NCBI GenBank assembly: GCA_964586635.1
Contig: CAZPGN010000002.1
Span: 17,368 to 81,367, forward strand
Source: an uncultured Candidatus Saccharibacteria bacterium
Lineage (GTDB): Bacteria > Patescibacteriota > Minisyncoccia > Phycocordibacterales > CAZPGN01
Direction of reading: 5' to 3'
Length of the DNA stretch: 64,000 nucleotides
Of the stretch, positions 48,587 to 59,102 are shown one piece after another (the stretch's first letter is position 1; each line of letters begins with the position of its first letter). The notes under the pieces are model-generated. The model did no database searches. It had not been told where the DNA came from and saw nothing but the letters and a program-made list of their open reading frames with translations. The position numbers were made by a program, and so were the translations under genes.

Positions 48587-49161
48587 TGAACATGGAAACA
48601 GAGCAAGTAAAGGAACAACAGAGTGCGGTTACGGGGGCCGCGTCTCGTCGCCAACGAAACTCTTCGGCACATGGACAGTTGGGCGGAAATCGTCGTCCCA
48701 CGCGCCGTCGAGGCCCCGATCGCGGAGATCGACCAGCTCCTGAATTCGCGCAAAAAATTCTCGGAATCCGCCGTGTCGCGCGCGTAGTCGCCGGCGGAAG
48801 ACGCTTCAGCTTTTCTGTGGCGTTGGTGCTTGGCGATAAGCAAGGGCGCGTTGGGGTAGGTCTTGGAAAGGCGGGCGACACATCACTTGCCATCGATAAG
48901 GCGACAAAGAGCGCAAAGCGCGCCATGATAAAGGTTCCCCTTACGACTGATCGTTCAATTCGTACGGAGTCTGAAGCCAAATACGCCGCGTCCCGCGTGT
49001 TCTTGAAGCCAGCTCGAGGTCGCGGACTCGTTGCTGGAAGCGCGGTGCGTAGCGTGCTCGATCTCGCTGGCATTACAGATGTTGATGCCAAAGTGCTCTC
49101 GAGAAGCAAGAATCAGCTCAATAATGCACGCGCCGCACTCAAGGCGCTCGCGCGACTATAG
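48586..49161 (+). CDS. rpsE: 30S ribosomal protein S5
   Basis: RVARVVAGGRRFSF, VGVGLGKA. Confidence 0.97.
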   Translation: MNMETEQVKEQQSAVTGAASRRQRNSSAHGQLGGNRRPTRRRGPDRGDRPAPEFAQKILGIRRVARVVAGGRRFSFSVALVLGDKQGRVGVGLGKAGDTSLAIDKATKSAKRAMIKVPLTTDRSIRTESEAKYAASRVFLKPARGRGLVAGSAVRSVLDLAGITDVDAKVLSRSKNQLNNARAALKALARL

Positions 49162-49184
49162 CGGTAGCGACTACATAACTGCTT

Positions 49185-49619
49185 ATGCAAATTGGACAGC
49201 TAAAACGAAATACGGCGCGCAAAAAATCTCGGCGTGTTGGTCGCGGCGGCAAACGCGGCACCTTTTCTGGGCGCGGCACCAAGGGCCAAAAAGCCCGCGC
49301 GGGCCGCAAACTGCGTCCCGAATTGCGCGACATCATTAAAAAAATCCCCAAGTTGCGCGGGTATCGTTTTACTTCTATCGAAGTGAAACCATTCATATGC
49401 TCGATCGCTTCGCTTGATGCCTCGTTTGCATCAGGCGATGCGGTCAATCCTGCTACACTCGTCGCGCGAGGTCTTGTGCGGTGCCACGGCGGTCGCGTGC
49501 CTCGCGTAAAAATCCTCGGCCAAGGTGACCTCTCAAAAAAACTCACTGTAAGTGGGGTTTTGGTCTCGGCTTCCGCGCGCACGAAAATTGAATCTGCGGG
49601 TGGGACCATAGCACAATGA
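49185..49619 (+). CDS. rplO: 50S ribosomal protein L15
   Basis: RVGRG..GRGTKGQKAR, KILGQG, KIESAGG. Confidence 0.97.
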   Translation: MQIGQLKRNTARKKSRRVGRGGKRGTFSGRGTKGQKARAGRKLRPELRDIIKKIPKLRGYRFTSIEVKPFICSIASLDASFASGDAVNPATLVARGLVRCHGGRVPRVKILGQGDLSKKLTVSGVLVSASARTKIESAGGTIAQ

Positions 49620-50887
49620 ATTACTTTTTAGAACGGCTTTCTATAGTGTTTGGCGATCCTGCCTTGCGGCGGCGCATCGGCATTACGCTCGGCATTTTGA
49701 TACTATTCCGTTTTGTTGCGACAATTCCCATCCCTGGTATTGATACGACGCGCCTTGCCGAATTTCTCTCGGGAAACAGCTTCTTCGGACTCTTGAACAT
49801 CTTTTCCGGTGGCGGGCTCTCTAATCTTTCCATCGTTATGTTGGGCGTTGGCCCATATATTACCGGTTCGATAATCATGCAGCTTTTGACCATCGTCTTC
49901 CCGAAAGTAAAGGAGATGTATCAGGAAGGCGGCGAAGCTGGAAAGCGCAAGTTCACCCAATACTCTCGATTGCTTTCGATCCCGCTCGGTTTGTTCCAAG
50001 GTTTCGGTCTGCTCACTCTGCTTGGCAACCAGGGCGTATTGATTGACCTCTCGCTTTTTGAACGCGCCGCGAACGTAATTGTCATCACTGCCGGTTCAGT
50101 TTTCCTCATGTGGCTTGGCGAATTAATCACGGAGTATGGGATAGGAAATGGGGTTTCTTTGCTTATCTTCGCGGGTATTGTCGCCGGCATTCCAACGACA
50201 CTCTCCCAAGTTTTTCTTACATTCGATATATCACAGATCCCTCTATATCTCGGTTTCCTTTTGCTCTCTATAGCTATCGTTGGCGCTATCGTGTACATCA
50301 CCGAGGCCGAACGGCCGATACCGATTACATATGCTAAGCGGGTGCGTGGAATGAAGGTCTACGGGGGTGTTTCCACATATCTCCCAATTCGCGTGAATCA
50401 AGCCGGCGTAATCCCGATAATTTTTGCACTCTCGCTTCTCTTGTTCCCACAGCTTGTTGCAACTGGCCTCTCGCAGATGAACAGCGAGGTCGCGATCAAG
50501 ATATCTGATTTTCTCTTGTTCTTGACGACTAATCCATGGGTGTATTCGATTACTTATTTCGTGCTTGTTTTCGGCTTTACTTATTTCTATACTGCGATCA
50601 CATTTGATCCCGAAAACATTGCCGAAAATCTACAAAAGAGCGGAGCCTTTGTTCCGGGCGTTCGTCCGGGTCGTCCGACCGCTCTCTATATCAATCGCGT
50701 TTTGACACGGCTTACGCTTGTTGGGGCGCTCTTTCTTGGAGCGATCGCCGTTCTCCCGCTCATTTTGCAGGCAATCACCGGCAATCCCGCGCTTGCTATC
50801 GGAGGGACGGGCCTTCTCATCGTTGTTTCTGTCGCACTCGAGCTCCTGAAGCAGATTGACGCCCAAGCGACGATGCGCGAGTATTAG
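49616..50887 (+). CDS. secY: Preprotein translocase subunit SecY
   Basis: LGVGPYITGSII, GIGNGVSL, AGVIPIIFA, PGVRPG, GGTGLLIVV. Confidence 0.99.
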   Translation: MNYFLERLSIVFGDPALRRRIGITLGILILFRFVATIPIPGIDTTRLAEFLSGNSFFGLLNIFSGGGLSNLSIVMLGVGPYITGSIIMQLLTIVFPKVKEMYQEGGEAGKRKFTQYSRLLSIPLGLFQGFGLLTLLGNQGVLIDLSLFERAANVIVITAGSVFLMWLGELITEYGIGNGVSLLIFAGIVAGIPTTLSQVFLTFDISQIPLYLGFLLLSIAIVGAIVYITEAERPIPITYAKRVRGMKVYGGVSTYLPIRVNQAGVIPIIFALSLLLFPQLVATGLSQMNSEVAIKISDFLLFLTTNPWVYSITYFVLVFGFTYFYTAITFDPENIAENLQKSGAFVPGVRPGRPTALYINRVLTRLTLVGALFLGAIAVLPLILQAITGNPALAIGGTGLLIVVSVALELLKQIDAQATMREY

Positions 50888-50890
50888 TCA

Positions 50891-51487
50891 ATGGACTCGA
50901 AAACCTTCATATTTATTGGTCGTTCGGGATGCGGGAAAGGCACACAGGCTGAAATTGTTCAGCGAACGCTTTCCGAACGCAATGGTGCGGATCGTATTTT
51001 TTACCTCGAAACTGGCGCGGCGTTCAGGGAGTTTATTGGCAGGGGCACCTATGCCGCAAATCAAGCAAAGCGAATAATGGAGCAGGGAACGCGTCAGCCT
51101 GATTTTCTCGCAATTTGGGTATGGTCACACATTTTTCTGGAGAAAATTTCGGGATCGGAGCATATAATCATTGATGGAACGCCGCGCTCGCTCCCTGAAG
51201 CGGAGATTTTTGATACGGCACTTCGTTTTTTTGAACGCAAAGAGCGCTATATCATTTATATCAATGTCTCACGCGCCTGGTCGCTCGAACGGCTCCGAGC
51301 CCGTGGGCGTTCTGATGATCTTACAGACGCTGGAATTACTGCGCGAATGGAATGGTTTGAGAAGGATGTAATGCCCGCTGTTAACTATTATCGCAATAAT
51401 CCAGAGTACCACTTTATCGAAGTGAACGGTGAGCAATCCATCGAGGCGGTTGCGCATGACATCGCGGCGGCCGTTTTCAACGGCTAG
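50891..51487 (+). CDS. adk: Adenylate kinase family protein, short-LID type
   Basis: GRSGCGKGTQA, IDGTPR, GRSDD; follows secY. Confidence 0.85.
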   Translation: MDSKTFIFIGRSGCGKGTQAEIVQRTLSERNGADRIFYLETGAAFREFIGRGTYAANQAKRIMEQGTRQPDFLAIWVWSHIFLEKISGSEHIIIDGTPRSLPEAEIFDTALRFFERKERYIIYINVSRAWSLERLRARGRSDDLTDAGITARMEWFEKDVMPAVNYYRNNPEYHFIEVNGEQSIEAVAHDIAAAVFNG

Positions 51488-51492
51488 AAACT

Positions 51493-52272
51493 ATGCCGCC
51501 GCGATCGATGATAAAAACACCCGATGAGGTGAATATTCTGCGCGAAGGAGGCAGGCGTCTCGCACGAATACTCTCCGCTGTTGCCGCGCTCGTCAAACCA
51601 GGAGTTTCCGCGCGCGAACTCGATGACCACGCCCGCGCGCTCATCCATGCAGGCGGCGATCAGCCGTCATTTCTCAATTATCGCCCCGCGGGAGCGCATC
51701 GGTCGTTTCCAGCCGCGTTGTGCGTTTCTGTCAATGATGCGGTCGTACATGGTATTCCGAGTGACACCATATTGCAGGAAGGGGATATAGTTGGGCTCGA
51801 TCTTGGTATCAAGCACGGCGGTCTTTTTACTGATGCGGCCTTAACGGTCGCAGTCGGCGCGATTGATGATGCCGCGCGAGCTCTCATCGATGCGACGCGA
51901 GAGTCTCTCATGCATGGCATTCAAGCGGCGCGCGTCGGCAATACTGTTGGGGACATTGGCCACGCTATACAAACATTCATTGAGCCGCTTGGCTATGGTA
52001 TAGTACGGGAGCTCGCAGGCCATGGTGTCGGTTATGCCGTGCACGAAGAGCCATTTGTTCCAAATTACGGCAAGGCGGGCAAGGGAATCAAGTTGTTGCC
52101 CGGTATGGTGTTAGCTATCGAGCCGATGGTGAACGAGGGCGCGCCGCATGTCTTGCTCGGCGAGGACAAATTTACATTCAAAACAAGCGACGGCAGCCGG
52201 AGCGCGCACTTCGAACATACGATCGTCATTCTCGAAGATGGACCTGCGGAAATACTAACTAATGAATCATAA
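51493..52272 (+). CDS. map: Methionine aminopeptidase type I
   Basis: CVSVNDAVVHGIP, GHGVG..HEEP, AIEPM, SAHFEHT. Confidence 0.97.
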   Translation: MPPRSMIKTPDEVNILREGGRRLARILSAVAALVKPGVSARELDDHARALIHAGGDQPSFLNYRPAGAHRSFPAALCVSVNDAVVHGIPSDTILQEGDIVGLDLGIKHGGLFTDAALTVAVGAIDDAARALIDATRESLMHGIQAARVGNTVGDIGHAIQTFIEPLGYGIVRELAGHGVGYAVHEEPFVPNYGKAGKGIKLLPGMVLAIEPMVNEGAPHVLLGEDKFTFKTSDGSRSAHFEHTIVILEDGPAEILTNES

Positions 52273-52754
52273 TGTCTATGCCGGTATCGGAAAAAGACGA
52301 ACGAGTCGTTATCATCATGAAGCCGGACTGCGTTCAGCGCAGCTTGCTCGGCGAGATTATTCATCGCTTCGAGCGCAAAGGACTTCGTATTATCGGAATG
52401 AAGATGGTCCAGCTCGGTGATGTCACGCTGGAGGAACACTATGCCCATCACAAAGAAAAGAATTTTTTCGAATCCCTGAAAAAATACATGAAATCATCCC
52501 CGGTCGTGCTGATTGTTTTGGAAGGCATAAAAGCAATTTCTTCTGTACGGATGCTCGTTGGGCCGCTTGCTGGACATGAAGCGGCGCCCGGGACGATTCG
52601 CGGCGATTTTTCACTAGCTCTGCCGACGAATATAGTTCATGCATCTGACAGCGCCGAATCTGCCGCCGCCGAAGTTTGTCGTTTCTTTAAAGACGACGAA
52701 CTATTCTCATATCGCAAACCGGAACATGACTACATTTATGGCGATGCGCGATAG
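52272..52754 (+). CDS. ndk: Nucleoside diphosphate kinase
   Basis: MKPDCVQR, PGTIRGDF, NIVHASDS. Confidence 0.96.
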   Translation: MSMPVSEKDERVVIIMKPDCVQRSLLGEIIHRFERKGLRIIGMKMVQLGDVTLEEHYAHHKEKNFFESLKKYMKSSPVVLIVLEGIKAISSVRMLVGPLAGHEAAPGTIRGDFSLALPTNIVHASDSAESAAAEVCRFFKDDELFSYRKPEHDYIYGDAR

Positions 52755-52866
52755 CATTGTAAAGTGTGGAAAACTCGTGGATGGCACGTGGACAAGTCCA
52801 CGGAAAATCTACTTATTTTATACTTGACTTTTTTTGCGCGGAATTTAGCCGGTGATATACTTGTAG

Positions 52867-53028
52867 TAGGTTGCTTGGAAAGCTAACCAATCATAATGCA
52901 AATGGGAGTCCGATATGTTCAAGCTTCCGCCTCGGCGGAACACTGAGGACACCCACCTAGCCACTAGGGCTAGCGTACCATGCGACCTTGCCTTAGAGAA
53001 AATCCGCCCTCCCGGCGGGTTTTCTCTT
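52867..53028 (+). ncRNA. Candidate ~160-nt structured RNA
   Basis: TTGCGC-16-(TGa)TATACT promoter, three hairpin domains, terminator at 52995-53027. Confidence 0.45.
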
Positions 53029-53083
53029 AATATGGTATGAATCTGAACATCAAAGTGTCGGTTCGTGTATAATAAGATTCACG

Positions 53084-54478
53084 ATGCCGCCGAAAGCAAC
53101 GCTCACATTCTACGGAGGCGCCGGTGAAGTAACCGGCGCAAATATATTATTTTCATATACATCGCAAGAGGGCGCGACGACTCGCATATTATTTGATTGC
53201 GGTCTCATTCAAGGCGCCGTAGTCTATGATGAGCGCAACAGTCAGCCGTTTGCTTACGATGTCACCTCCATCGACGCGCTGTTTGTTAGTCACGGGCATA
53301 TTGACCACAGCGGCCGCATTCCGAAGCTCGTGAAGGAAGGGTTTCGTGGCGTTATCTACTCAACGCCGCCGACAAGGGCAATCGGGGAGCTTATGGTCGT
53401 GGATAGTCGCGGCGTCATGATGAAGGAGCTGAAAAGGCGGAATATACCGCTCCTGTACGACGAGACGGATATTGGACATACGATGGCGCGGTGGTCGTCA
53501 ATCGAATATCACGAGGAAGTATCGGTTGGGCCTATAACCGCGCGTCTCTTACGGGCCGGCCATGTTCTCGGTTCTGCAATGGTTGAAATTACCTATCCGT
53601 GGGTCGGAGGCACGCGCCGTAAGCTTGTATACACTGGCGATCTCGGCGACCCGCATAGTCTCCTGCTCGAGGAGGCCGAATCGCTTGACAACGAGCCCGA
53701 CTATGTAATTATCGAAAGCGTTTATGGCGATAGAGTGCACGAGGGAAGGGATGTGCGGGCGCACCGTCTCGAAGATGCGATAGAGGATACCGTGCGCCGC
53801 GGTGGCGTACTGATGATGCCGGCATTTTCGGTCGAGAAGACGCAAGAGCTACTATTTGAAATGAATGAGATGGTCGAGCATGGGCGAATCCCTCCGGTTC
53901 CGGTATTTTTGGATTCGCCACTCGCGATAAAAGTAACGCGCGTCTACGGTCGCTTCAAAAAATATTTCAATAAGGATGTGAGGGATATTATTGCCGCAGG
54001 AGACGATGTTTTCAAGTTCGCGCGGCTTACCCTATCTCTCTCGACCGAACAGTCGATTGCGATCAACGATGAACCGCTCCCTAAGATAATTATCGCGGGT
54101 TCAGGAATGTCGAATGGCGGCCGCATTGTGCACCATGAAAAACGGTACTTGCCCGACCCAAAAAGCACCTTGCTCTTCACTGGCTATCAGTCGCCACGAA
54201 GCATGGGACGGCGCATACAAGAAGGCGCGAATGAGGTCGTTATACATGGCGAGTCTATTCCAGTTCGTGCTCGGATCGTTACTATAGGCGGCTATTCTGC
54301 ACATCGGGATTCCGATAATTTGCTTGAATTCATCCACACTGCCGGCGACACGGTTCGCGAAGTGTTCGTCGCGCTCGGCGAACCATCGTCGTCGCGCTAT
54401 TTGGCACAGCGCATGCGTGATTATCTTGGCATTAAAGCCATCGTGCCTGAACGAGAGAAGGAGATTATTCTTACATAA
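53084..54478 (+). CDS. MBL-fold beta-CASP RNA-processing nuclease
   Basis: SHGHIDHSG, AGHVLGS, YTGDLG, ESVYG, AGSGM, YSAH. Confidence 0.92.
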   Translation: MPPKATLTFYGGAGEVTGANILFSYTSQEGATTRILFDCGLIQGAVVYDERNSQPFAYDVTSIDALFVSHGHIDHSGRIPKLVKEGFRGVIYSTPPTRAIGELMVVDSRGVMMKELKRRNIPLLYDETDIGHTMARWSSIEYHEEVSVGPITARLLRAGHVLGSAMVEITYPWVGGTRRKLVYTGDLGDPHSLLLEEAESLDNEPDYVIIESVYGDRVHEGRDVRAHRLEDAIEDTVRRGGVLMMPAFSVEKTQELLFEMNEMVEHGRIPPVPVFLDSPLAIKVTRVYGRFKKYFNKDVRDIIAAGDDVFKFARLTLSLSTEQSIAINDEPLPKIIIAGSGMSNGGRIVHHEKRYLPDPKSTLLFTGYQSPRSMGRRIQEGANEVVIHGESIPVRARIVTIGGYSAHRDSDNLLEFIHTAGDTVREVFVALGEPSSSRYLAQRMRDYLGIKAIVPEREKEIILT

Positions 54479-54483
54479 CACAT

Positions 54484-55122
54484 ATGCACTTAGATCCGAA
54501 GAGACACGAGCACTTGAAGGTAAAAATCTGCGTTTCCGGTGCCGCGGAGACTGGTCACTGCGGCGATACTGCGCTGGCGAATGCAAAAGCTCTCGGCAGG
54601 GAGGTTGTTTTGCAGGGCGCCGTTCTTGTTACAGGGGCAACAACTGGCTTTCCACTCTGGGCTGCTATGGGCGCAAAAGAGGCCGGTGGCATATCGCTCG
54701 GATTATCGCCCGCATCGAGCGAGCGTGAACATTCAATGGTGTATAAACTGCCGCTCGAATATCTCGACCTTATTATCTACACCGGCTTTGGTTATTCCGG
54801 ACGCAATCTGTTGCTCACGCGAGCATCAGACGCCGTAATCGTGGGATGCGGACGCATCGGGACAGTGAATGAATTTACGGTCGCATACGAAGACGGGAAA
54901 CCGCTCGGCGTTCTCGAAGGAGAATGGGAGACCGATGAAGTCATAAAAAACATGATGGAAAAAAGTCATCGCAAGAATGAAAAGGTACTGTTTGACACGG
55001 AACCCGCGCGGCTCGTGTCGCGCCTTATCGAAATTGTCCAACGAGAAAAAATGGAAGGGAGGCGAGCATACAGAACTCCCGAGAATATTGAGTCGTCGAG
55101 ACAGGACGGTCTTATCTTGTAA
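54484..55122 (+). CDS. LOG/SLOG-family Rossmann-fold nucleotide-binding protein
   Basis: ICVSG, LVTGA, GRNLLL, GRIGTVNEF. Confidence 0.8.
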   Translation: MHLDPKRHEHLKVKICVSGAAETGHCGDTALANAKALGREVVLQGAVLVTGATTGFPLWAAMGAKEAGGISLGLSPASSEREHSMVYKLPLEYLDLIIYTGFGYSGRNLLLTRASDAVIVGCGRIGTVNEFTVAYEDGKPLGVLEGEWETDEVIKNMMEKSHRKNEKVLFDTEPARLVSRLIEIVQREKMEGRRAYRTPENIESSRQDGLIL

Positions 55123-55456
55123 CCTCGATTATTCGCCCAAAGGAGGCGGGCGCGTGTTCAGCAAGGTGCGCGAGCGATTTTCGGTCTAGACCAACCCCTC
55201 GCTTTTTCAGATGGTCGATAACCTTGCTATAGGAGGTGTTGTGTGATTTTGCAAGCGCACCGATCTTCGTTTGCCAAAGACGGCGAAAGTCCCCCTTCTT
55301 CTTGCGGCGGTCATTGAATGCGTGCCTTCCCGCATGCATGAGCGCTTCGCGAGCTAGGCGCTCTTTAGCACTGCGACCAAAACGATACCCCTTTGCTTCC
55401 TTGAGGATTGACCGACGGCGCTTTATGGCGATAGTTGCTCGTTTTACTCGCGGCAT
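55112..55456 (-). CDS. rplT: 50S ribosomal protein L20
   Basis: MPRVKR, AKGY, KKGDFRRLW, LDRKSLA. Confidence 0.97.
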   Translation of the reverse strand: MPRVKRATIAIKRRRSILKEAKGYRFGRSAKERLAREALMHAGRHAFNDRRKKKGDFRRLWQTKIGALAKSHNTSYSKVIDHLKKRGVGLDRKSLAHLAEHAPASFGRIIEVTR

Positions 55457-55461
55457 AATGA

Positions 55462-55647
55462 TTAATTGGGGAGATAACGGGATAATTCTTTCGGCGGGAT
55501 CATATGAAGCGTCTGCGTGCGCTTGCGGCCGAGTTGTTTCGAGCGGCTCGCCTTCGCATTGAAGTGATTCTGTCCCGCGCGGCGCGCGATAAGCTTGCCG
55601 GTTCGCGTGCGCTTAATTCTTTTGGAGTATGTCTTGTTTGTTTTCAT
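55462..55647 (-). CDS. rpmI: 50S ribosomal protein L35
   Basis: MKTNK..KRIKRTRTGK; lies between infC and rplT. Confidence 0.92.
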   Translation of the reverse strand: MKTNKTYSKRIKRTRTGKLIARRAGQNHFNAKASRSKQLGRKRTQTLHMIPPKELSRYLPN

Positions 55648-56173
55648 CTTTTTTTGCTCGATCTCGCTCAATGATGACCGTAAGTCCTTTCGGGCTCTTC
55701 TTGGGACCATCGGCTATTTTGTAGGGTTCGGTAAGTAGACGCAGGATGCGGTCGAGGCGTTCTTGATGAAAGCCTGCCTGCATGTACTTTGCTCGCCCTC
55801 GCAGATACAGGTCGACCTTCACGCGATGACCTTCCTTTAAAAACTCGGACGCCTTTTGAGCCTTCAGTTCAAGGTCGTGCTCACCCGTGCCGATCTTTAC
55901 TTGAAGCGACTTTGTCTCGGTCGTATGAGTTTTTGCCTGCGAACCCCGCCTCTTCTTTTTTTGCTGGTACTGATATTTGCCGAAGTCCATTATCTTGGCC
56001 ACCGGCGGCACAGCGTTCGGAGAGATTTCAATAAGGTCAAGGCCAAACTCTCTCGCCTTGGCGAGCGCATCATCGCGCGTGAGTACGCCCAGATTGCCCG
56101 CCTCCTCGTCGATTACGCGCAATTCATGAGCGCGAATCGTTTCATTTATGCGAATCTCATCCTTCAATGTGAT
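55613..56173 (-). CDS. infC: Translation initiation factor IF-3 (non-AUG start: ATC 56173 or TTG 56167)
   Basis: RINETIRA, GLDLIEISP..PPVAKIMDFGK, FLKEGHRVKV; no in-frame ATG at the N-terminus. Confidence 0.95.
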   Translation of the reverse strand: MTLKDEIRINETIRAHELRVIDEEAGNLGVLTRDDALAKAREFGLDLIEISPNAVPPVAKIMDFGKYQYQQKKKRRGSQAKTHTTETKSLQVKIGTGEHDLELKAQKASEFLKEGHRVKVDLYLRGRAKYMQAGFHQERLDRILRLLTEPYKIADGPKKSPKGLTVIIERDRAKKDENKQDILQKN

Positions 56174-56241
56174 ACCTGAAAGACTACATAAATGCACCGA
56201 AAAAGTCAATAATCGCGATGTTGCGTTTTGTTGTGATATGA

Positions 56242-57438
<1,197 letters not shown>

Positions 57439-57547
57439 TATGGAAAGTGAAAACCCCCACCCGTCGGCTCCGTAGCTACATCTATGCTTGCCCTAGGGAC
57501 AAAGCAAGATGTTCACGGGACCAAAAGTAGACAGGAGGGGGTTTATG

Positions 57548-58018
57548 TTAAAGGAGGAGAGTTCTTTGGGGGATTACCGACATTCGTGATGGCGCATTGC
57601 GCCGCCACGACTCGACCGATTCCCTGACAAGCGCTTTCAAAAGGCCTGTACCGATAGGCTTGAAGCCATATCGGTACTTGTTCTTGCCACTCTCCTCTTG
57701 GATCGCATCCTCGAGAGTGGCATGGTCGCCGCTCGCGATCATTATCAGCATGTCGGGAAAGAGGTCTCTCCCGAGAGCGGCAACGGCAAAGCCGTTCGGC
57801 CCGCTACCCATCTCGAGGTCTGTCAAAAGCAGGCAAGGCTGCCTACCTTCGAATTTCAGCCTCCCAAGTTCTTCAATTGCTTGCGCTCCATTCTCGCAAG
57901 CAACTACATCAACACGAGAAGTTGATGTAGTTGCCTTGACGATGTTCTGGTACATTTGAAGGACCATTATCGTGTCGTCGACGATTACGACAATTGGTTT
58001 TTCGAGCTCGATGTCCAT
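57548..58018 (-). CDS. Stand-alone response-regulator receiver (CheY-like) protein
   Basis: VIVDD, LLTDLEM..NG, IASG, KP; GAGGGG SD; TTGACA-17-TAGCGT promoter. Confidence 0.85.
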   Translation of the reverse strand: MDIELEKPIVVIVDDTIMVLQMYQNIVKATTSTSRVDVVACENGAQAIEELGRLKFEGRQPCLLLTDLEMGSGPNGFAVAALGRDLFPDMLIMIASGDHATLEDAIQEESGKNKYRYGFKPIGTGLLKALVRESVESWRRNAPSRMSVIPQRTLLL

Positions 58019-58127
58019 TGCAGAATCCCCTCTTTTCAATGTATCGAAAGTGCTGGTGCCGAGTAAAACGCTATCACGAGGAAATGTTATTGTCAAACAC
58101 TGATCGATAGACTACAATACAAGGCGC

Positions 58128-58580
58128 ATGTCAGCATATATCCAGAACAGAAAAGCATATGCAGATTTTGAATTTCTCGACACGTTCGAGGCCGGTTTGG
58201 AGCTATTCGGGCACGAGGTAAAGTCACTCAAAAAAGGGCAGGGCTCTCTTCGTGGGGCATACATCATAGTTCGAGGCAGAGAGGCATATCTCGTGGGCGC
58301 AACCATTCCGCCATACCAGGTTTCAAATATGCCACACGGTTATGATGAAGCGCGTCCACGACGGCTCTTGCTTTCCCAGAAGGAACTTATACGGCTTGCC
58401 CAAGTTGGCAATCTTCGTGGCTTGACAATCGTGCCAGTGTCTGTGTATAATAGAAGAAAGAAACTGAAGCTTGAAATAGCAATAGTTAGGCGCAGAAAGA
58501 AATACGACAAGCGCGAGGTTTTGAAAAAGCGTGCCGCTGTGCGCGACATCTCGCGAACCATAAAGCGCGTTTCCGAATGA
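58128..58580 (+). CDS. smpB: SsrA-binding protein
   Basis: NRKA, EAGLELFGHEVKSL, RRLLL, KKYDKRE. Confidence 0.97.
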   Translation: MSAYIQNRKAYADFEFLDTFEAGLELFGHEVKSLKKGQGSLRGAYIIVRGREAYLVGATIPPYQVSNMPHGYDEARPRRLLLSQKELIRLAQVGNLRGLTIVPVSVYNRRKKLKLEIAIVRRRKKYDKREVLKKRAAVRDISRTIKRVSE

Positions 58581-58637
58581 TGAATATCTTTTTTTATCGT
58601 GCTTCCCCGTGAATGTTCGAGCAATCGAACATTCACG

Positions 58638-59014
58638 GGGGATGATCGGTCTCGACAGACGGCATCTTGTTCGCTTTATGTGCAAGCCGAGTACTCCGGA
58701 AATTCTCGCTAAACTTCTGGAAAAAGATACGTGCAAACGCATCAAAACGAGTTCTCTCTCCATTGAGCGGACTCGCCCTTGCTTACGCATAAGTAAGCCG
58801 TCCACGCGAATGATTCTCGATAATTCGCATAGGGCGTAACCCATTCGAGATAGGGAAGCTACTCTGCTCTAGCGGCCCCCCGAATTCACAGAGCTCGGCA
58901 GTATACGATTTTTGTCGGTTTTCGACGGATACTGCTCAAACCAAAAGCCGACTACGCTTGTAGACACATTTCGCAAACACCGCCTGCACGCGGGTTCGAT
59001 TCCCGCCATCTCCA
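58638..59014 (+). ncRNA. ssrA: tmRNA (one-piece); tag ORF 58733-58792 reads ANASKRVLSPLSGLALAYA*
   Basis: Acceptor GGGGATG/CATCTCC-A with G3:U, T-arm GCGGGTTCGATTCCCGC, directly after smpB; CCA not encoded. Confidence 0.93.
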
Positions 59015-59037
59015 CAGACATAGAACAATCTAGAAGA

Positions 59038-59072
59038 ATAAAAATGCCATGATTTTCATGGTGTTTTTATTT
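59038..59072. terminator. Terminator after ssrA
   Basis: ATAAAAATGCCATG-ATTTT-CATGGTGTTTTTAT. Confidence 0.65.
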
Positions 59073-59102
59073 CTTGTGAGTTTAATCCGTGAATTAAAAA
59101 TT

